Part shown: piece by piece, positions 1 through 10,991 of the stretch
How positions within the stretch are numbered: the first letter of the stretch is position 1
Layout: every line of letters begins with the position of its first letter
Source: an uncultured Candidatus Entotheonella sp.
GTDB taxonomy: Bacteria > Tectomicrobia > Entotheonellia > Entotheonellales > Entotheonellaceae
Length of the DNA: 64,000 bases
Direction: 5' to 3'
Assembly (NCBI GenBank): GCA_965217185.1
Contig: OZ244252.1
Coordinates: 2,432,001 to 2,496,000 of the forward strand
Program-made: the position numbers and the translations under genes
Notes under the pieces: generated by a model
Told to the model about the DNA's origin: nothing
The model's database searches: none
The model's input: the letters and a program-made list of their open reading frames with translations, nothing else

Positions 1-1
1 G

Positions 2-766
2 TTCAGCACGCCCTACTTCTGCCAGACCGAAGACCTCGGCCCGTTTGCCCTGGCGGAGCCCATTCCGGGCCCGACGACCGACGCCTTGGGAGCCCTGGCC
101 GGGGAACTGGGGGTCGTGCTGGTCGTGCCGCTGTTCGAGAAACGGGCGCGCGGCCTGTATCACAACAGCGCCGTGGTGTTCGACGCCGACGGCTCCCGCC
201 TCGGCACCTACCGCAAGATGCATATTCCTGACGATCCGGCGTACTACGAGAAGTTTTACTTCACCCCGGGCGACCTCGGCTTCCGAACGTTCAAGACTCG
301 CTACGCCGACATCGGCGTGTTGATCTGCTGGGACCAATGGTTCCCCGAGGCGGCGCGCCTGGTGGCCCTTTCCGGCGCCCACATCCTGTTTTATCCCACC
401 GCCATTGGCTGGCACGACGATGAGGCGGCCGAGGTGCGCCGCACGCAGCACGAGGCTTGGGAACTCGTGCAACGCAGCCACGCCATTACCAACGGGGTTT
501 ACGCCGCCGCCGTGAACCGCGTCGGGCGCGAGGGCACGGTGACGTTCTGGGGCGCCTCGTTCCTGGCCGCGCCGGACGGCAGCCTGGTGGCGCGCGCCGC
601 GCACGACGGGGAAGCCATCTTGGTCGCTAAGTGTGATCTGGACGCCGTCGATACCATGCGCCAGCAATGGCCCTTCCTGCGCGACCGCCGCATCGACACG
701 TACGGCGCCCTTACCGCGCGATTCCTCGATTCCCCGGTCGGGGTCGGGGACAAGCATGACGCCTGA
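2..766 (+). CDS. aguB: N-carbamoylputrescine amidase (carbon-nitrogen hydrolase), 5'-truncated by window edge
   Basis: Frame open from position 2 (FSTPYFCQ...); nitrilase-family motifs YRKMHIP, EKFYF, ICWDQWFPE; overlaps agmatine deiminase. Confidence 0.85.
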   Translation, partial: FSTPYFCQTEDLGPFALAEPIPGPTTDALGALAGELGVVLVVPLFEKRARGLYHNSAVVFDADGSRLGTYRKMHIPDDPAYYEKFYFTPGDLGFRTFKTRYADIGVLICWDQWFPEAARLVALSGAHILFYPTAIGWHDDEAAEVRRTQHEAWELVQRSHAITNGVYAAAVNRVGREGTVTFWGASFLAAPDGSLVARAAHDGEAILVAKCDLDAVDTMRQQWPFLRDRRIDTYGALTARFLDSPVGVGDKHDA

Positions 767-1814
767 CGCCCCCGCCGCCCTGGGTTACCGGATGCCGGCG
801 GAGTGGGAGCCGCACGCCGCCACCTGGCTGGCCTGGCCGCATAACGAAGACACCTGGCCGGGGCGTCTGCCGCAGGTCCGGGATATTTTCCTCGACATGA
901 TCGAGGCGCTGCACCAGGACGAAACGGTTCACCTGCTGGTCAACGACGCGGCCACGGCCGAACAGGTGGGGCAACGGATACATGATCGCGGCCTCGATGC
1001 ACGCGCCATCAAGCTGCACGAAATACCTACCGCCGACGCCTGGCTGCGCGACAGCGGCCCCATTTTCCTCACGAGCGTCGACCCGCAGCCGCCGTTGACC
1101 GCAAGCGCCTGGCGGTTCAACGCCTGGGGCGGCAAATACGACGACTTGCAGGCCGACGCCGGCCTGTCGCAACGCATCGCCTCGCGCCTCGGTGTGCCGT
1201 GTTTCGAGCCCGGCATGGTCCTCGAAGGCGGTGCCATCGACGTCGACGGCAGCGGCGCTTGCCTGACCACCGAGCAGTGCTTGCTGCACCCGAATCGCAA
1301 CCCCGACTTGCAACGCGCCGACATTGAGCGCCACCTTGGCGCCACCCTTGGGGTCTGCCATATCATCTGGCTCGGCCGCGGCATTGTGGGCGACGATACC
1401 GATGGGCATGTCGATGACGTGGCGCGATTCGTCGGCCCGACCACGGTGGTCTGTGCCCTCGAAACCGACCCGCAGGACGCCAACTCCGCGCCCCTGCAGG
1501 ACAACTTCCGGCGTTTGCAGGCGGCCACCGACGGGCGCGGCCGGCCTCTCGACGTGGTGCCCCTTCCGATGCCGGGACGCGTCGGTTCGCCGCAAGAGCG
1601 CCTGCCTGCCAGCTATGCCAACTTCTACATCGGCAACGGCGTCCTGCTGGTGCCCACCTACGACCACCCCAACGACGACCGCGCCCTGCGTATCCTGCAG
1701 GACCTCTTTCCCGGCCGCCGCGTCGTCGGGATTGCCTGCGAGCCGCTGGTCTGGGGACTCGGCGCCATCCACTGCGTGACCCAACAACAACCGGCTACTG
1801 CCGGCAAGCCTTGA
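756..1814 (+). CDS. aguA: agmatine deiminase
   Basis: RMPAEWEPH, W.RDSGP, EGGAIDVDG, DTDGHVD, GAIHCVTQQ motifs; ATG at 756. Confidence 0.92.
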   Translation: MTPDAPAALGYRMPAEWEPHAATWLAWPHNEDTWPGRLPQVRDIFLDMIEALHQDETVHLLVNDAATAEQVGQRIHDRGLDARAIKLHEIPTADAWLRDSGPIFLTSVDPQPPLTASAWRFNAWGGKYDDLQADAGLSQRIASRLGVPCFEPGMVLEGGAIDVDGSGACLTTEQCLLHPNRNPDLQRADIERHLGATLGVCHIIWLGRGIVGDDTDGHVDDVARFVGPTTVVCALETDPQDANSAPLQDNFRRLQAATDGRGRPLDVVPLPMPGRVGSPQERLPASYANFYIGNGVLLVPTYDHPNDDRALRILQDLFPGRRVVGIACEPLVWGLGAIHCVTQQQPATAGKP

Positions 1815-1858
1815 CCGTTTTTACCTCGATTCAAGGCTTGCCAGCTATGGAGTGATCC

Positions 1859-3940
1859 ATGAATGACCAACGCGCCAATCGCCTGATCCACGAAACCAGC
1901 CCTTACTTGCTGCAGCACGCCCACAACCCGGTCGACTGGCACGCCTGGGGCCCCGAGGCACTCGACAAAGCCCGCGCCGAAAACCGGCCCATTCTGCTGT
2001 CCATCGGCTACTCCGCCTGCCATTGGTGCCACGTTATGGAGCGCGAATCGTTCGAGGACGAGCAGATTGCCGCGCTGATGAATGAACACTTCGTGAACAT
2101 CAAGGTCGACCGCGAGGAACGCCCCGACCTGGATCACATATACCAGACCGCCGTGCAACTGTTCACCGGTCAGGGCGGCTGGCCGCTGACCATGTTCCTC
2201 ACCCCGGAGCAGGAGCCGTTCTACGGCGGCACCTACTTCCCGCCCGACGACCGCTACGGCCGCCCCGGCTTCCCGCGCCTCCTGCGCACCCTGGCCGACG
2301 CCTATCACAACCGCCAGCAGGACGTCGTCAAGAGCACCACCCAGATTCGCGAGGCCATGCAGAAACTCTCCGGCTTCTCGGCCAGTGGCGACGGTCTGTC
2401 GCCGGACATCGTGACCAACGCCGTGCGCACCCTCGCCAGCCACGTGGACATGGTGCACGGCGGCTTTGGCACGCAGCCGAAGTTCCCCAATCCCACCAAT
2501 CTTGACTGCCTGCTGCGGTACTGGCACTACAGCGGCAACGAAAACTTCCTCAACGTGGTCAAGCTGTCTCTGGACAAGATGGCCGGCGGCGGCATCTACG
2601 ACCAACTCGGCGGCGGCTTTCACCGCTATTCGGTGGACGACCACTGGCTGGTGCCGCACTTCGAGAAGATGCTGTACGACAACGCCCAATTGCTGCCGTT
2701 GTACGCCACCCTATACCGGATCACCGGCGAGGCGCGATACGCCCGCGTGGCGCGCGAAACTCTCGACTACGTACAGCGCGAAATGCGCCACCCCGAAGGC
2801 GGGTTCTACGCCACCCAAGACGCCGACAGCGAGGGGGAAGAGGGCAAGTTTTTCGTATGGACGAAGGCCGAGGTGGATGAGCGGCTTGGCGATGATGCCC
2901 GCCTGTTCTGTCGTTACTACGACGTGACGGAGGCGGGTAATTGGGAGAGCGGCAACAACATCCTGCACTTGACGGTGTCGCTGGAACAACTCGCCAATCT
3001 GTTCCAACAGGATGTAACGATGGTTGGGGAGAAGCTCGAAGCGGCCCGGCGCCTCCTGTTTGCGGCACGTGAGCAGCGCATCAAGCCGTTCCGCGACGAG
3101 AAGATCCTGACGGCCTGGAACGGCCTGATGCTCTCGGGGATGATCGATGCCGCCAGCGCGCTCGGGGACGACGAGGCGATGCAAACCGTGCGCGATACCA
3201 TCGCCTTTCTGCGGCAGCACATGCTGCGCGATGGCGTTCTGTTGCGAAGCCATAAGGACGGCCAGTCCAAGCTGGCTGGCTATCTCGACGACTACGCCTT
3301 CCTGGCTGCCGCCCTGCTCGATGCCTTTGAGGCGACCTTCGAGCCGTCCTACTTCGACTTGGCACAGCAGTTGACCGCGACGCTGTTGGAGGATTTCTGG
3401 GACGACGTGAACGGTGGCTTCTTCTTCATCGGTAGGAACCACGAAACGCTGATCGACCGCGTCAAGTCGGGCACCGATCAGGCCATCCCGTCCGGCACCG
3501 CGGTCGCTACCCGCAACCTGCTGCGCCTCTACGCCCACACCGGGGAAGCCGATTACCTGCAGCGCGCCGAGCGCGCCCTGCTGCTCTACCGTCAACACAT
3601 GGAGCAACAATCCTTCGGCTACGCCAGCTTGCTGAGTGTGTGCGCCGATTATCTCCACAAGCCGCAGGAGATCGTGCTGATCGGCACCCCCGGCGCGCCG
3701 GACACGCAGGCCATGCTGGCCGCCCTGCACCGCACCTACGTGCCGCACAAGACCCTCGTGCTGATCGACCCGCACCGCGCCGAAACGGCTCTCGCCGCCC
3801 TGCCCCTGCTACGCGACGTGCTCGCAGGCCGGACGCAGGTGGATGGGAAGGCGACCGTCTACGTCTGCCACGATTTCACATGCTCGCTGCCCGTCAGCGA
3901 GCCAGCGGAGCTTACGGCGCTGCTGAACAGGTCTGCCTGA
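1859..3940 (+). CDS. thioredoxin-domain protein, YyaL/SSP411 family
   Basis: [40 protein letters not shown]. Confidence 0.9.
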   Translation: MNDQRANRLIHETSPYLLQHAHNPVDWHAWGPEALDKARAENRPILLSIGYSACHWCHVMERESFEDEQIAALMNEHFVNIKVDREERPDLDHIYQTAVQLFTGQGGWPLTMFLTPEQEPFYGGTYFPPDDRYGRPGFPRLLRTLADAYHNRQQDVVKSTTQIREAMQKLSGFSASGDGLSPDIVTNAVRTLASHVDMVHGGFGTQPKFPNPTNLDCLLRYWHYSGNENFLNVVKLSLDKMAGGGIYDQLGGGFHRYSVDDHWLVPHFEKMLYDNAQLLPLYATLYRITGEARYARVARETLDYVQREMRHPEGGFYATQDADSEGEEGKFFVWTKAEVDERLGDDARLFCRYYDVTEAGNWESGNNILHLTVSLEQLANLFQQDVTMVGEKLEAARRLLFAAREQRIKPFRDEKILTAWNGLMLSGMIDAASALGDDEAMQTVRDTIAFLRQHMLRDGVLLRSHKDGQSKLAGYLDDYAFLAAALLDAFEATFEPSYFDLAQQLTATLLEDFWDDVNGGFFFIGRNHETLIDRVKSGTDQAIPSGTAVATRNLLRLYAHTGEADYLQRAERALLLYRQHMEQQSFGYASLLSVCADYLHKPQEIVLIGTPGAPDTQAMLAALHRTYVPHKTLVLIDPHRAETALAALPLLRDVLAGRTQVDGKATVYVCHDFTCSLPVSEPAELTALLNRSA

Positions 3941-3973
3941 TGAGGGCAAAGGCGAGTTACCGTATTATGGGGC

Positions 3974-5254
3974 TTAATCCTTCACGATGCCGATTTCGAC
4001 CATCATGCCGGGCTTGAGGAGGCCGTTGGTGTTGGGGACGGTGATCTGGACGGGGATGCGTTGCTCCACCTTGGTGAAGCTGCCGGTGGGGGGGAAGAGG
4101 GCGAACTCGGAAATGGCGGCGTGGCCGATGGTGTCCACAGTGCCCCGGAATTCGTGGTCGGGATAGGCGTCTACCTGGATGTCGACGGCCTTGCCGACGG
4201 CGACGTCGCGGATGTACGACTCTTTGATATTGGCCAGAATCCACACGTCATGCGGGTCGCCGATCACCAGCACCGGCTGGCCCTTCTGAACGACTTGGCC
4301 TTCCTCGACGCGCTTGCGGCTGATAATGCCGGAGAGCGGGCTTCTCAGCACCGTCTTGCCCACGTTGCGTTCCGCAAGGTCGCGCTTGGCGCGCGCCTCC
4401 TTGAGTTGCGCCTCCAGGATGTTGATCTGTTCCCGAACTAGGCTGCGCTCGCCCTCGGTCTCCGCCAAGCGCACCTTGACGAGAGCCGCTTCGACCTCGG
4501 CCTCCAGCGTCTGCACACGGCTACGGCGTAGTTGAATACGTTTCTTCAAGGTCAGGGCAGTTTCCAAGCGCGCCTGAAGCTGCGCCACACGCTCCTGCGC
4601 GGCACTGAGGCGGGCCTTGGTTTGCGCCAAGTCGTCCTCGGCGTCTTCGCGGTTGGTGGCGGACACAATGCCCTCGTCAGATAACGTGCTGACGCGCTCC
4701 CAGTTGTTCTCGGCGCTGCGCACTTGCCCCTGCATCTCGGCGACCGTGGACTCGGCTTCCTTGAGCGCCGCCTCGGCTTCGGCCAACTGGTTTTGCACCT
4801 GTTCGGTTTCGATTTCCAGCGCCGTTCTCTCCTCGGCCAGGGCACTCTGCTTGGCGGCGTGTTCGGCGCGGGCGTGAGCGATTTGGTCCCGCGCGCGTTT
4901 GCTGTCGAGTTGAACCTCCTCGTGCAGTTCCTTGATCTGGAAGGTAATCATGTCTACCCGGGCCTGCGTCTCCTCGAACTGAAGCTCGTAATCGGTGCTG
5001 TACAACTCCAGTAGCAGGTCGTCCTTCTGCACCACGCTGCCCTCGTCGACGTGCAGGGCGCGCACCGTGCCGCCCACCTTCGGCGCCACCGGTACCATGA
5101 GTCCCTTGACGCGCGCGTCGTCGGTCACCACGTGTTTCGTAGTGTAGATCCAGTAACCGATTCCGTAATACAAGCCAACGATCACCCCGAGGCCCAAGAC
5201 AATGGCGGGCAGAATGACGCGCAGGCGGCCCGGTAGGGCGGTTCTTTCGGCCAT
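3974..5254 (-). CDS. HlyD/EmrA-family membrane fusion (periplasmic adaptor) protein
   Basis: N-terminal TM helix, TDDARV, long coiled coil, GSFTKVEQRIPV..LKPGMMV. Confidence 0.85.
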   Translation of the reverse strand: MAERTALPGRLRVILPAIVLGLGVIVGLYYGIGYWIYTTKHVVTDDARVKGLMVPVAPKVGGTVRALHVDEGSVVQKDDLLLELYSTDYELQFEETQARVDMITFQIKELHEEVQLDSKRARDQIAHARAEHAAKQSALAEERTALEIETEQVQNQLAEAEAALKEAESTVAEMQGQVRSAENNWERVSTLSDEGIVSATNREDAEDDLAQTKARLSAAQERVAQLQARLETALTLKKRIQLRRSRVQTLEAEVEAALVKVRLAETEGERSLVREQINILEAQLKEARAKRDLAERNVGKTVLRSPLSGIISRKRVEEGQVVQKGQPVLVIGDPHDVWILANIKESYIRDVAVGKAVDIQVDAYPDHEFRGTVDTIGHAAISEFALFPPTGSFTKVEQRIPVQITVPNTNGLLKPGMMVEIGIVKD

Positions 5255-5330
5255 AAGGCGTGATTTCCTGAGAGAAGGGATTGGATGAGTTTGTTACCGC
5301 ATGGAGGTGGGACGGCTAATGCTATCACAT

Positions 5331-8300
5331 TCAAAGCTTGCCAGCCAGAAGCCGTTGTAGGCTGCCCTTGAGCCGTGTCAGGCGCTCGGCGGGCGTTCCG
5401 GCGGGCTCGGGAATGCACACCACGCGCTCGGATTGGAAACGAAATCCGGGGTTGTCGGACTCCAGCCACGGCAGCAGGCGTTCCGGCGCCAGCGGCGTCG
5501 AGGCGTGGAAGGTGAGACAGATGTCCCGGCCGCGTTGCTCAATGCGTTCCAGGGCCAATTGCCGAGTCATAATCTTGATCTCCAATACCTCCAGAAGCTG
5601 CTGCGTGGCCTCCGGCAGTACCCCGAAACGATCCTGCATCTCATTTCGCAACGCCTGCAACGCCGTGCTGTTTGTTACCCCCGACAGGCGCCGGTACAAC
5701 TGCAGGCGCTGCGTTTCGCTCGCCACGTAGCTTTCCGGGATGTGGCCCTGCACCCCCAGGCGAAGCTCGGGCTCCACCCACACGGTGACGGCCTCGCCCT
5801 TCGCCTCGCGCACCGCGTCGGCCATCATCTGGCAATACAGGTCGAATCCCACGCTGTTCATGTGCCCGGATTGCTGCGGTCCCAGCAGGTTGCCGGCGCC
5901 GCGGATCTCCAGGTCGCGGGAGGCCAGGTGAAAGCCGGACCCCAGCTCGGAAAATTCCTCGAACGCCTCGATCCGCCGCCGCGCCACGCCGGACAGCAGC
6001 GCCTCGCCGGGAATGAGCAGGTAGGCATACGCCTGGATCAGGCCGCGTCCTACCCGACCGCGCAACTGGTGCATCTGCGCCAGGCCGAAGCTGTCGGCGT
6101 GGTTGATGATGATGGTGTTGACCGACGGGATGTCGAGGCCGGATTCGATGATCGTGGTGCACAGCAGCAGGTCGAAGTCGCGCCGCAGGAAGTCCAGCAT
6201 GACCGTCTCCAACTGGCGCTCCGGCATCTGGCCGTGGGCGATGCGGATGCGGCACTCGGGCACCAGACGCCGCATCATGGCGTGGATGATCGGCAGACTG
6301 GCGATGTGGTTGTGCACGAAAAACACCTGTCCGTGTCGGGCCAACTCCTGCCGCACGGCACGCTCGACGATCTCTTCGCTGAACGGCATGACCACCGTCT
6401 CGATGGCGCTGCGTCCGCCGGGCGGCGTGGCCATGATGGTGCAATCGCGCAGGCCGCTGAGCGCCATCTGCAGCGAGCGCGGAATGGGCGTGGCGGTGAG
6501 AACGAGTACATCGGTCTTCACGCTCAGCCGCTTGATGCGCTCCTTGTGCCCGACCCCGAAGCGGTGTTCTTCATCCACCACCAGCAGGCCCAGGTCTTTG
6601 AAGCGGATGTCCTTCTGCAGCAGGCGGTGGGTGCCGATGACGATGTCAACCGTTCCATCTTGCAGCCCGTTCAGCGTTCGGGTCTGTTCCTTGCGGCTGT
6701 TCAGGCGGCTCAGCATGGCCACCCGCGTGCCGAACGCCTCAAAGCGGCGCTGAAAGGTCTCGCCGTGCTGCTGCGCCAACACCGTGGTGGGCACCAACAC
6801 GGCGACTTGCTTGCCGTCGAACACCGCCTTGAAAGCGGCGCGCAGGGCGACTTCGGTCTTGCCGTAGCCCACGTCGCCGCATACCAGCCGCTCCATGGGC
6901 CGCGGGTGTTCCATGTCGCTCAGCACGTCCTGGATGGCCTGCAACTGGTCATCGGTTTCGACGTACTCGAAGGCGTCCTCAAACTCCTGGTGCAACGTCG
7001 TGGACTCCGTGAACCGGTGGCCGACGTCCTGCTGGCGTGAGGCGTGCAGGCTGACCAACTCGCCGGCCATATCGAGCAGCGCCGCCTTGACGCGCGCCTT
7101 GGTGCGTGCCCAGGAGGTGGCCCCGAGGCGGTCGAGCGACGTCTTGACGTCTTCGCCGCTGCCGCTGCGATATTTCTCCACCAGGCTGAGGCGGTAGGAT
7201 GGGACGTAGAGCTTGGCGTCGTCGGCGTAGGTGAGTTCCATGAATTCGCCGCCCCGGTGATCGACGTCGAGGAACGTCATGCCGCCGAAGCGCCCGATGC
7301 CGTAATCGGCATGCACCACCAAATCGCCGGGACGCAGCGTGCTGACGTGGCTCGTCGGATGCGCCGCACCAGCGGGCGATGGCGCGGCTTGCTGCTTATC
7401 GCCGAACAGATCGCTCCCACGCAGGACCACGAGGCGTTCGTCCGGCCACAGGAAGCCGTGGCTGAGACTGCCTACGGCCAGCATGGTGCCGCCCGTCGGG
7501 ATGGCGCTTTCGTCCAGGCATTGCGCGGCGGCGTCCGCGATGTGGCACCCGAGGTCGTACGACGCCAGCGCGTCGTGCAGTCGCTGCACCTCTGGGGCGG
7601 AGCGGCATAGGATGAGCACGCCGAAGCCATCGCTGTGCCACTGTTGCAGGTGGGCGATAAAACGTCCTAAGTCCCCCGAAAACGCCGGCGTTCCGCGCAT
7701 CCGCAGTTCGGTGAGGTTGGTGGATAGTGGGTAGTGGTTAGTGGCTGGCGGCTTTTGTTTTTGCTCCCCACCATTCACGAACCACTCATCACTGCCTTTG
7801 AGGTTGTGGTAGCGGGTCAGCGCGACCTCGGTTCGCTCGCGCAGTTGCCGGGTCAGCGTTGGCACGGCAACGCATCGCTCCGTAGCAAACGGCACGGTGT
7901 GGTCGCCCAGCCGCATGGCGAGCGGCGGCGGGAGTTGATCCAGGGTGAGATGAACGTCTTCCAGATCGACGCAACACAACGTCACGGCGTCCGGCAGATG
8001 GTCCAACGGGCTTTCCAGGTCGTCGAAGAAAAAAGTGTCCAGACCCCACGGCCAGGCGGCGGGGTGCTGCTGGCGCCAATGCTCAAAGCTGGCGGCGATT
8101 CTGGCGTCATCCCAGTCGTGGGTGCGCAGATGCGCTCGCAGCCGTTCCCAGCCCGGCGCCGTTTCGGAGCCCCGCGGCGGCAGGACGTGCAACGGCCCGA
8201 TGGCGATGCGCTGCAATTCGGCCACCGATAACTGCGAGGCGACGTCAAAGGTGCGGATGGTTTCCACCTCGTCGCCGAAGAATTCGAGCCGCCAAGGCCG

Positions 8301-8858
8301 CCTTTCGCCAGGCGAAAAAACGTCCAGGATGCCGCCGCGCAGGGCGAACTCCCCAGCCGCTTCCACCATGGAGGTGCGCCGGTAGCCGCGTTCGACCAGC
8401 GCCGCAGCGAATCCCGGCAGCGGGATGGCGTCGCCGACCTGAACCGGCAGCAGGCGCTCGGCCAACAAACCCGGTGCCGTCCCGTAACGCAGGGAGGCGG
8501 CAGCGGCGACCACCACCACGGACTCGCCGTTGCGCAGCCGCCATAGGGGCAGGTCAGCCGACAGCGTTTCCTGCTGTGTTCCTTGCGGTTCGGGTATGTA
8601 ACCCAGGACGACGCTGGATGCCACAGGACAGGAAGGCGAACTTGGCGGGTCGTCGAGAAAACAACGCAGATCGCTGATGAGATCATCGCGGCGGGCGGGC
8701 TCCGGCGTTACGACGAACAGTGGCGCCCGGCGTTCAGCGAACCGGCGCGCCAGCAGAAAACCCTGGCCGCCCGGGCGCGACCCCCGCAGGGTTTGCGGCG
8801 CCGCCCCGGCCACCTCGCTATGGCACGCGATATCGATTGCAGGTGTCGGCATGGTCAT
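5331..8858 (-). CDS. mfd: transcription-repair coupling factor
   Basis: UvrB-like region, CarD/RID (VVHADYGIG), GDVGYGKT, DEEHRFG, TATPIPR, TRCF C-terminus. Confidence 0.96.
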   Translation of the reverse strand: MTMPTPAIDIACHSEVAGAAPQTLRGSRPGGQGFLLARRFAERRAPLFVVTPEPARRDDLISDLRCFLDDPPSSPSCPVASSVVLGYIPEPQGTQQETLSADLPLWRLRNGESVVVVAAAASLRYGTAPGLLAERLLPVQVGDAIPLPGFAAALVERGYRRTSMVEAAGEFALRGGILDVFSPGERRPWRLEFFGDEVETIRTFDVASQLSVAELQRIAIGPLHVLPPRGSETAPGWERLRAHLRTHDWDDARIAASFEHWRQQHPAAWPWGLDTFFFDDLESPLDHLPDAVTLCCVDLEDVHLTLDQLPPPLAMRLGDHTVPFATERCVAVPTLTRQLRERTEVALTRYHNLKGSDEWFVNGGEQKQKPPATNHYPLSTNLTELRMRGTPAFSGDLGRFIAHLQQWHSDGFGVLILCRSAPEVQRLHDALASYDLGCHIADAAAQCLDESAIPTGGTMLAVGSLSHGFLWPDERLVVLRGSDLFGDKQQAAPSPAGAAHPTSHVSTLRPGDLVVHADYGIGRFGGMTFLDVDHRGGEFMELTYADDAKLYVPSYRLSLVEKYRSGSGEDVKTSLDRLGATSWARTKARVKAALLDMAGELVSLHASRQQDVGHRFTESTTLHQEFEDAFEYVETDDQLQAIQDVLSDMEHPRPMERLVCGDVGYGKTEVALRAAFKAVFDGKQVAVLVPTTVLAQQHGETFQRRFEAFGTRVAMLSRLNSRKEQTRTLNGLQDGTVDIVIGTHRLLQKDIRFKDLGLLVVDEEHRFGVGHKERIKRLSVKTDVLVLTATPIPRSLQMALSGLRDCTIMATPPGGRSAIETVVMPFSEEIVERAVRQELARHGQVFFVHNHIASLPIIHAMMRRLVPECRIRIAHGQMPERQLETVMLDFLRRDFDLLLCTTIIESGLDIPSVNTIIINHADSFGLAQMHQLRGRVGRGLIQAYAYLLIPGEALLSGVARRRIEAFEEFSELGSGFHLASRDLEIRGAGNLLGPQQSGHMNSVGFDLYCQMMADAVREAKGEAVTVWVEPELRLGVQGHIPESYVASETQRLQLYRRLSGVTNSTALQALRNEMQDRFGVLPEATQQLLEVLEIKIMTRQLALERIEQRGRDICLTFHASTPLAPERLLPWLESDNPGFRFQSERVVCIPEPAGTPAERLTRLKGSLQRLLAGKL
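7717..7796. repeat. heptamer tandem/inverted repeat element inside mfd
   Basis: GTGGATA-GTGGGTA-GTGGTTA-GTGGCTG followed by a T-rich spacer and complementary-type CCATTCA-CGAACCA-CTCATCA units; AT-richer than the gene. Confidence 0.6.
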
Positions 8859-10063
8859 CAGCCAAAGGTCCCGGCCATCTCGAAGATGGGCAAATACATG
8901 GCGATCAGCATGAAGCCGATGAGCGCCCCGAGAACCACCATCAGCAGTGGCTCCAACAGGGAGGTCAGCGCCTCGACGGCGTGGTTCACCTCGTCATCGT
9001 AAAAATCGGCGATCTTGTTGAGCATGGCGTCCAGGGCGCCGGCGTTTTCGCCCACTTCGATCATCTGCACCACCATCGGCGCGAAAACCGGCTGGTCGCG
9101 CAGCGGCTCGGCGATCGTGCTGCCCTGCTTGATGCGCTCGATGGCGGTCAGAACGGCGTCTTCCATCACTTTGTTGCCGGTGATGCGGGCGGTGATGGCC
9201 AAGCCGTCGAGGATGGGCACGCCGCTGCTGACCAGCGTTCCCAGCGTCCGGGCAAATGACGCCACCGCGACCTTCTCGATGAGACTGCCGAAGACGGGTG
9301 CCTTCAATAGGGCAGTGTCTACCAGCCGTCGGCCTCTGGCGGTGCCACGGAACCATCTGAATGCCCAAACGAGTGCGGCGGCGGCTATCACGTACAGGAT
9401 GACCGCTTTGACGCCGCTGCTCAGCGCCATGACGAGGCGGGTTGGCGCCGGCAGGGCGCCACCGAAACTCTCGAACAGGTCGGCGAAAATGGGGATGACG
9501 TAGAGCAGCATGAAGACCATGACGAGCACGGCGACCGCGACGATGGCCGCTGGGTAGGCCATGGCGCCTTTGACTTTGCCCCGTAGCGCGCGGGCTTTTT
9601 CCAGGTAAACGGCCAGGCGAGTGAGGATGGTGTCCAGGGCGCCGCCCGCTTCGCCCGCCTCCACCATGTTGACGTAGAAATCGCCGAACACGCGCGGCTG
9701 TTTACGCAACGCTTCCGTGAAGCTGGCGCCCGCCTCCACGTCGGCCTTCACTTGCATGATGATTTCCGCGAGACGCTTGTTCGGGGTTTGGCGGCCCAGC
9801 GTGTCGAGGCACTGAACGAGGGGCAGACCCGAGGAGATCATGGTGGCAAATTGCCGGGTGAAGACGACGAGATCCTTGACCGCGACGCCGCCCGTGAGGC
9901 CGGGGAGGTTGATCGACAGCTCCCTGGGCCGGGCGCGCAGCGACGTGACGATGAGCTGGCGTTGCCGCAACGCCAAAGCGGCCGCGCGACGGTCGGCAGC
10001 GTCAATCTGGCCGCGCTGCGTGGCGCCGGCGGGTGTTCGGACCGTGTACGTGAAAGTCGGCAT
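8858..10063 (-). CDS. pilC: type IV pilus / T2SS inner-membrane platform protein (T2SSF family)
   Basis: FTRQFATMISSGLPL, GEAGGALD, YPA, MYLPIF. Confidence 0.92.
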   Translation of the reverse strand: MPTFTYTVRTPAGATQRGQIDAADRRAAALALRQRQLIVTSLRARPRELSINLPGLTGGVAVKDLVVFTRQFATMISSGLPLVQCLDTLGRQTPNKRLAEIIMQVKADVEAGASFTEALRKQPRVFGDFYVNMVEAGEAGGALDTILTRLAVYLEKARALRGKVKGAMAYPAAIVAVAVLVMVFMLLYVIPIFADLFESFGGALPAPTRLVMALSSGVKAVILYVIAAAALVWAFRWFRGTARGRRLVDTALLKAPVFGSLIEKVAVASFARTLGTLVSSGVPILDGLAITARITGNKVMEDAVLTAIERIKQGSTIAEPLRDQPVFAPMVVQMIEVGENAGALDAMLNKIADFYDDEVNHAVEALTSLLEPLLMVVLGALIGFMLIAMYLPIFEMAGTFG

Positions 10064-10080
10064 GGGCTGTCGATTGACCT

Positions 10081-10953
10081 TTAATCGAGACGGGCTTCCA
10101 ACGCCGGGCGCACCGCCTCCAAGGGGAAAGCGAGGCCGGTCCAGATCGTGAACGCCGCGGCGCCCTGGCCCAACAGCATGTCGAGGCCGCCGATCGTGGT
10201 GGCGCCGGCGGCTCGGGCGTCCAGCAGGAACGGCGTGTTCAGGGGGCGGTAGACAATGTCGTAGACGATCTGCTCGGGTCCGAAGCAGTGGCTGGGCAGC
10301 AGAGGCTCGTCGCCTGCGTGCATCCCAAGCGAGGTGGCATTGACGAGCAGGCGGCTCTGCTGGGCGGCGTCGGCGGCGTCTGACATCGGCACGGCTCGCA
10401 CCTCGGCGGCCACAAACCGTTTCTGCAAGTCCGCTGCCAGGCGTTCACTGCGGGCATGGGTGCGATTGGCGATGATCAGTTGCGGGCAACCGGCGTTCAG
10501 CAGCGCCGCTGCCAAGGCCCGCGCCGCGCCGCCGGCACCCAGGACGCACACGGAGAGTTGGTTCAAGGGCGTTCCCAGATTTTGCAACGGTTGCAGAAAT
10601 CCGGCGCCGTCTGTGTTGTGGCCGGTGGTGCGGCCGTCCTGCACGTGCACCGTATTGACGGCGCCGATTGCCCTCGCCTCGTCCGTCACCTCGTCCAGGC
10701 ACGCCATGATGGCTTCCTTGTGCGGGATGGTCACGTTAAAGCCCGCCACTCCCAGCGCCATGGCTCCGGCGACGGCCTTGGCGAGGTTGTCCGGTGCCAC
10801 CGAGAAAGGCACGTAGACGGCGTCCAGCCCGTGGTGCCGGAAGGCCAGGGTGTGCATCAACGGCGACAGGGAATGCCCGATCGGATAGCCCATGATGCCG
10901 TACAGCCGGGTGGACCCGGAGACGCTGGTGGGGGACGTGGATTCGGCTGGCAT
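10081..10953 (-). CDS. aroE: shikimate dehydrogenase
   Basis: GYPIGHSLSP, NVTIPHK, GAVNT, NTDG, GAGGAA, NATSLG; AGGAGG RBS before ATG 10953 (alternative start 10995). Confidence 0.94.
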   Translation of the reverse strand: MPAESTSPTSVSGSTRLYGIMGYPIGHSLSPLMHTLAFRHHGLDAVYVPFSVAPDNLAKAVAGAMALGVAGFNVTIPHKEAIMACLDEVTDEARAIGAVNTVHVQDGRTTGHNTDGAGFLQPLQNLGTPLNQLSVCVLGAGGAARALAAALLNAGCPQLIIANRTHARSERLAADLQKRFVAAEVRAVPMSDAADAAQQSRLLVNATSLGMHAGDEPLLPSHCFGPEQIVYDIVYRPLNTPFLLDARAAGATTIGGLDMLLGQGAAAFTIWTGLAFPLEAVRPALEARLD

Positions 10954-10991
10954 ACTGTCCTCCTGCACCGTTCGCTGCCGCTCGCGATGCT

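Noticed and set aside
3974..5254. HlyD gene as the secretion system for the RTX protein
   Set aside because: EmrA-like motifs, 43 kb away, and no ABC exporter or TolC adjacent; the link is unsupported.
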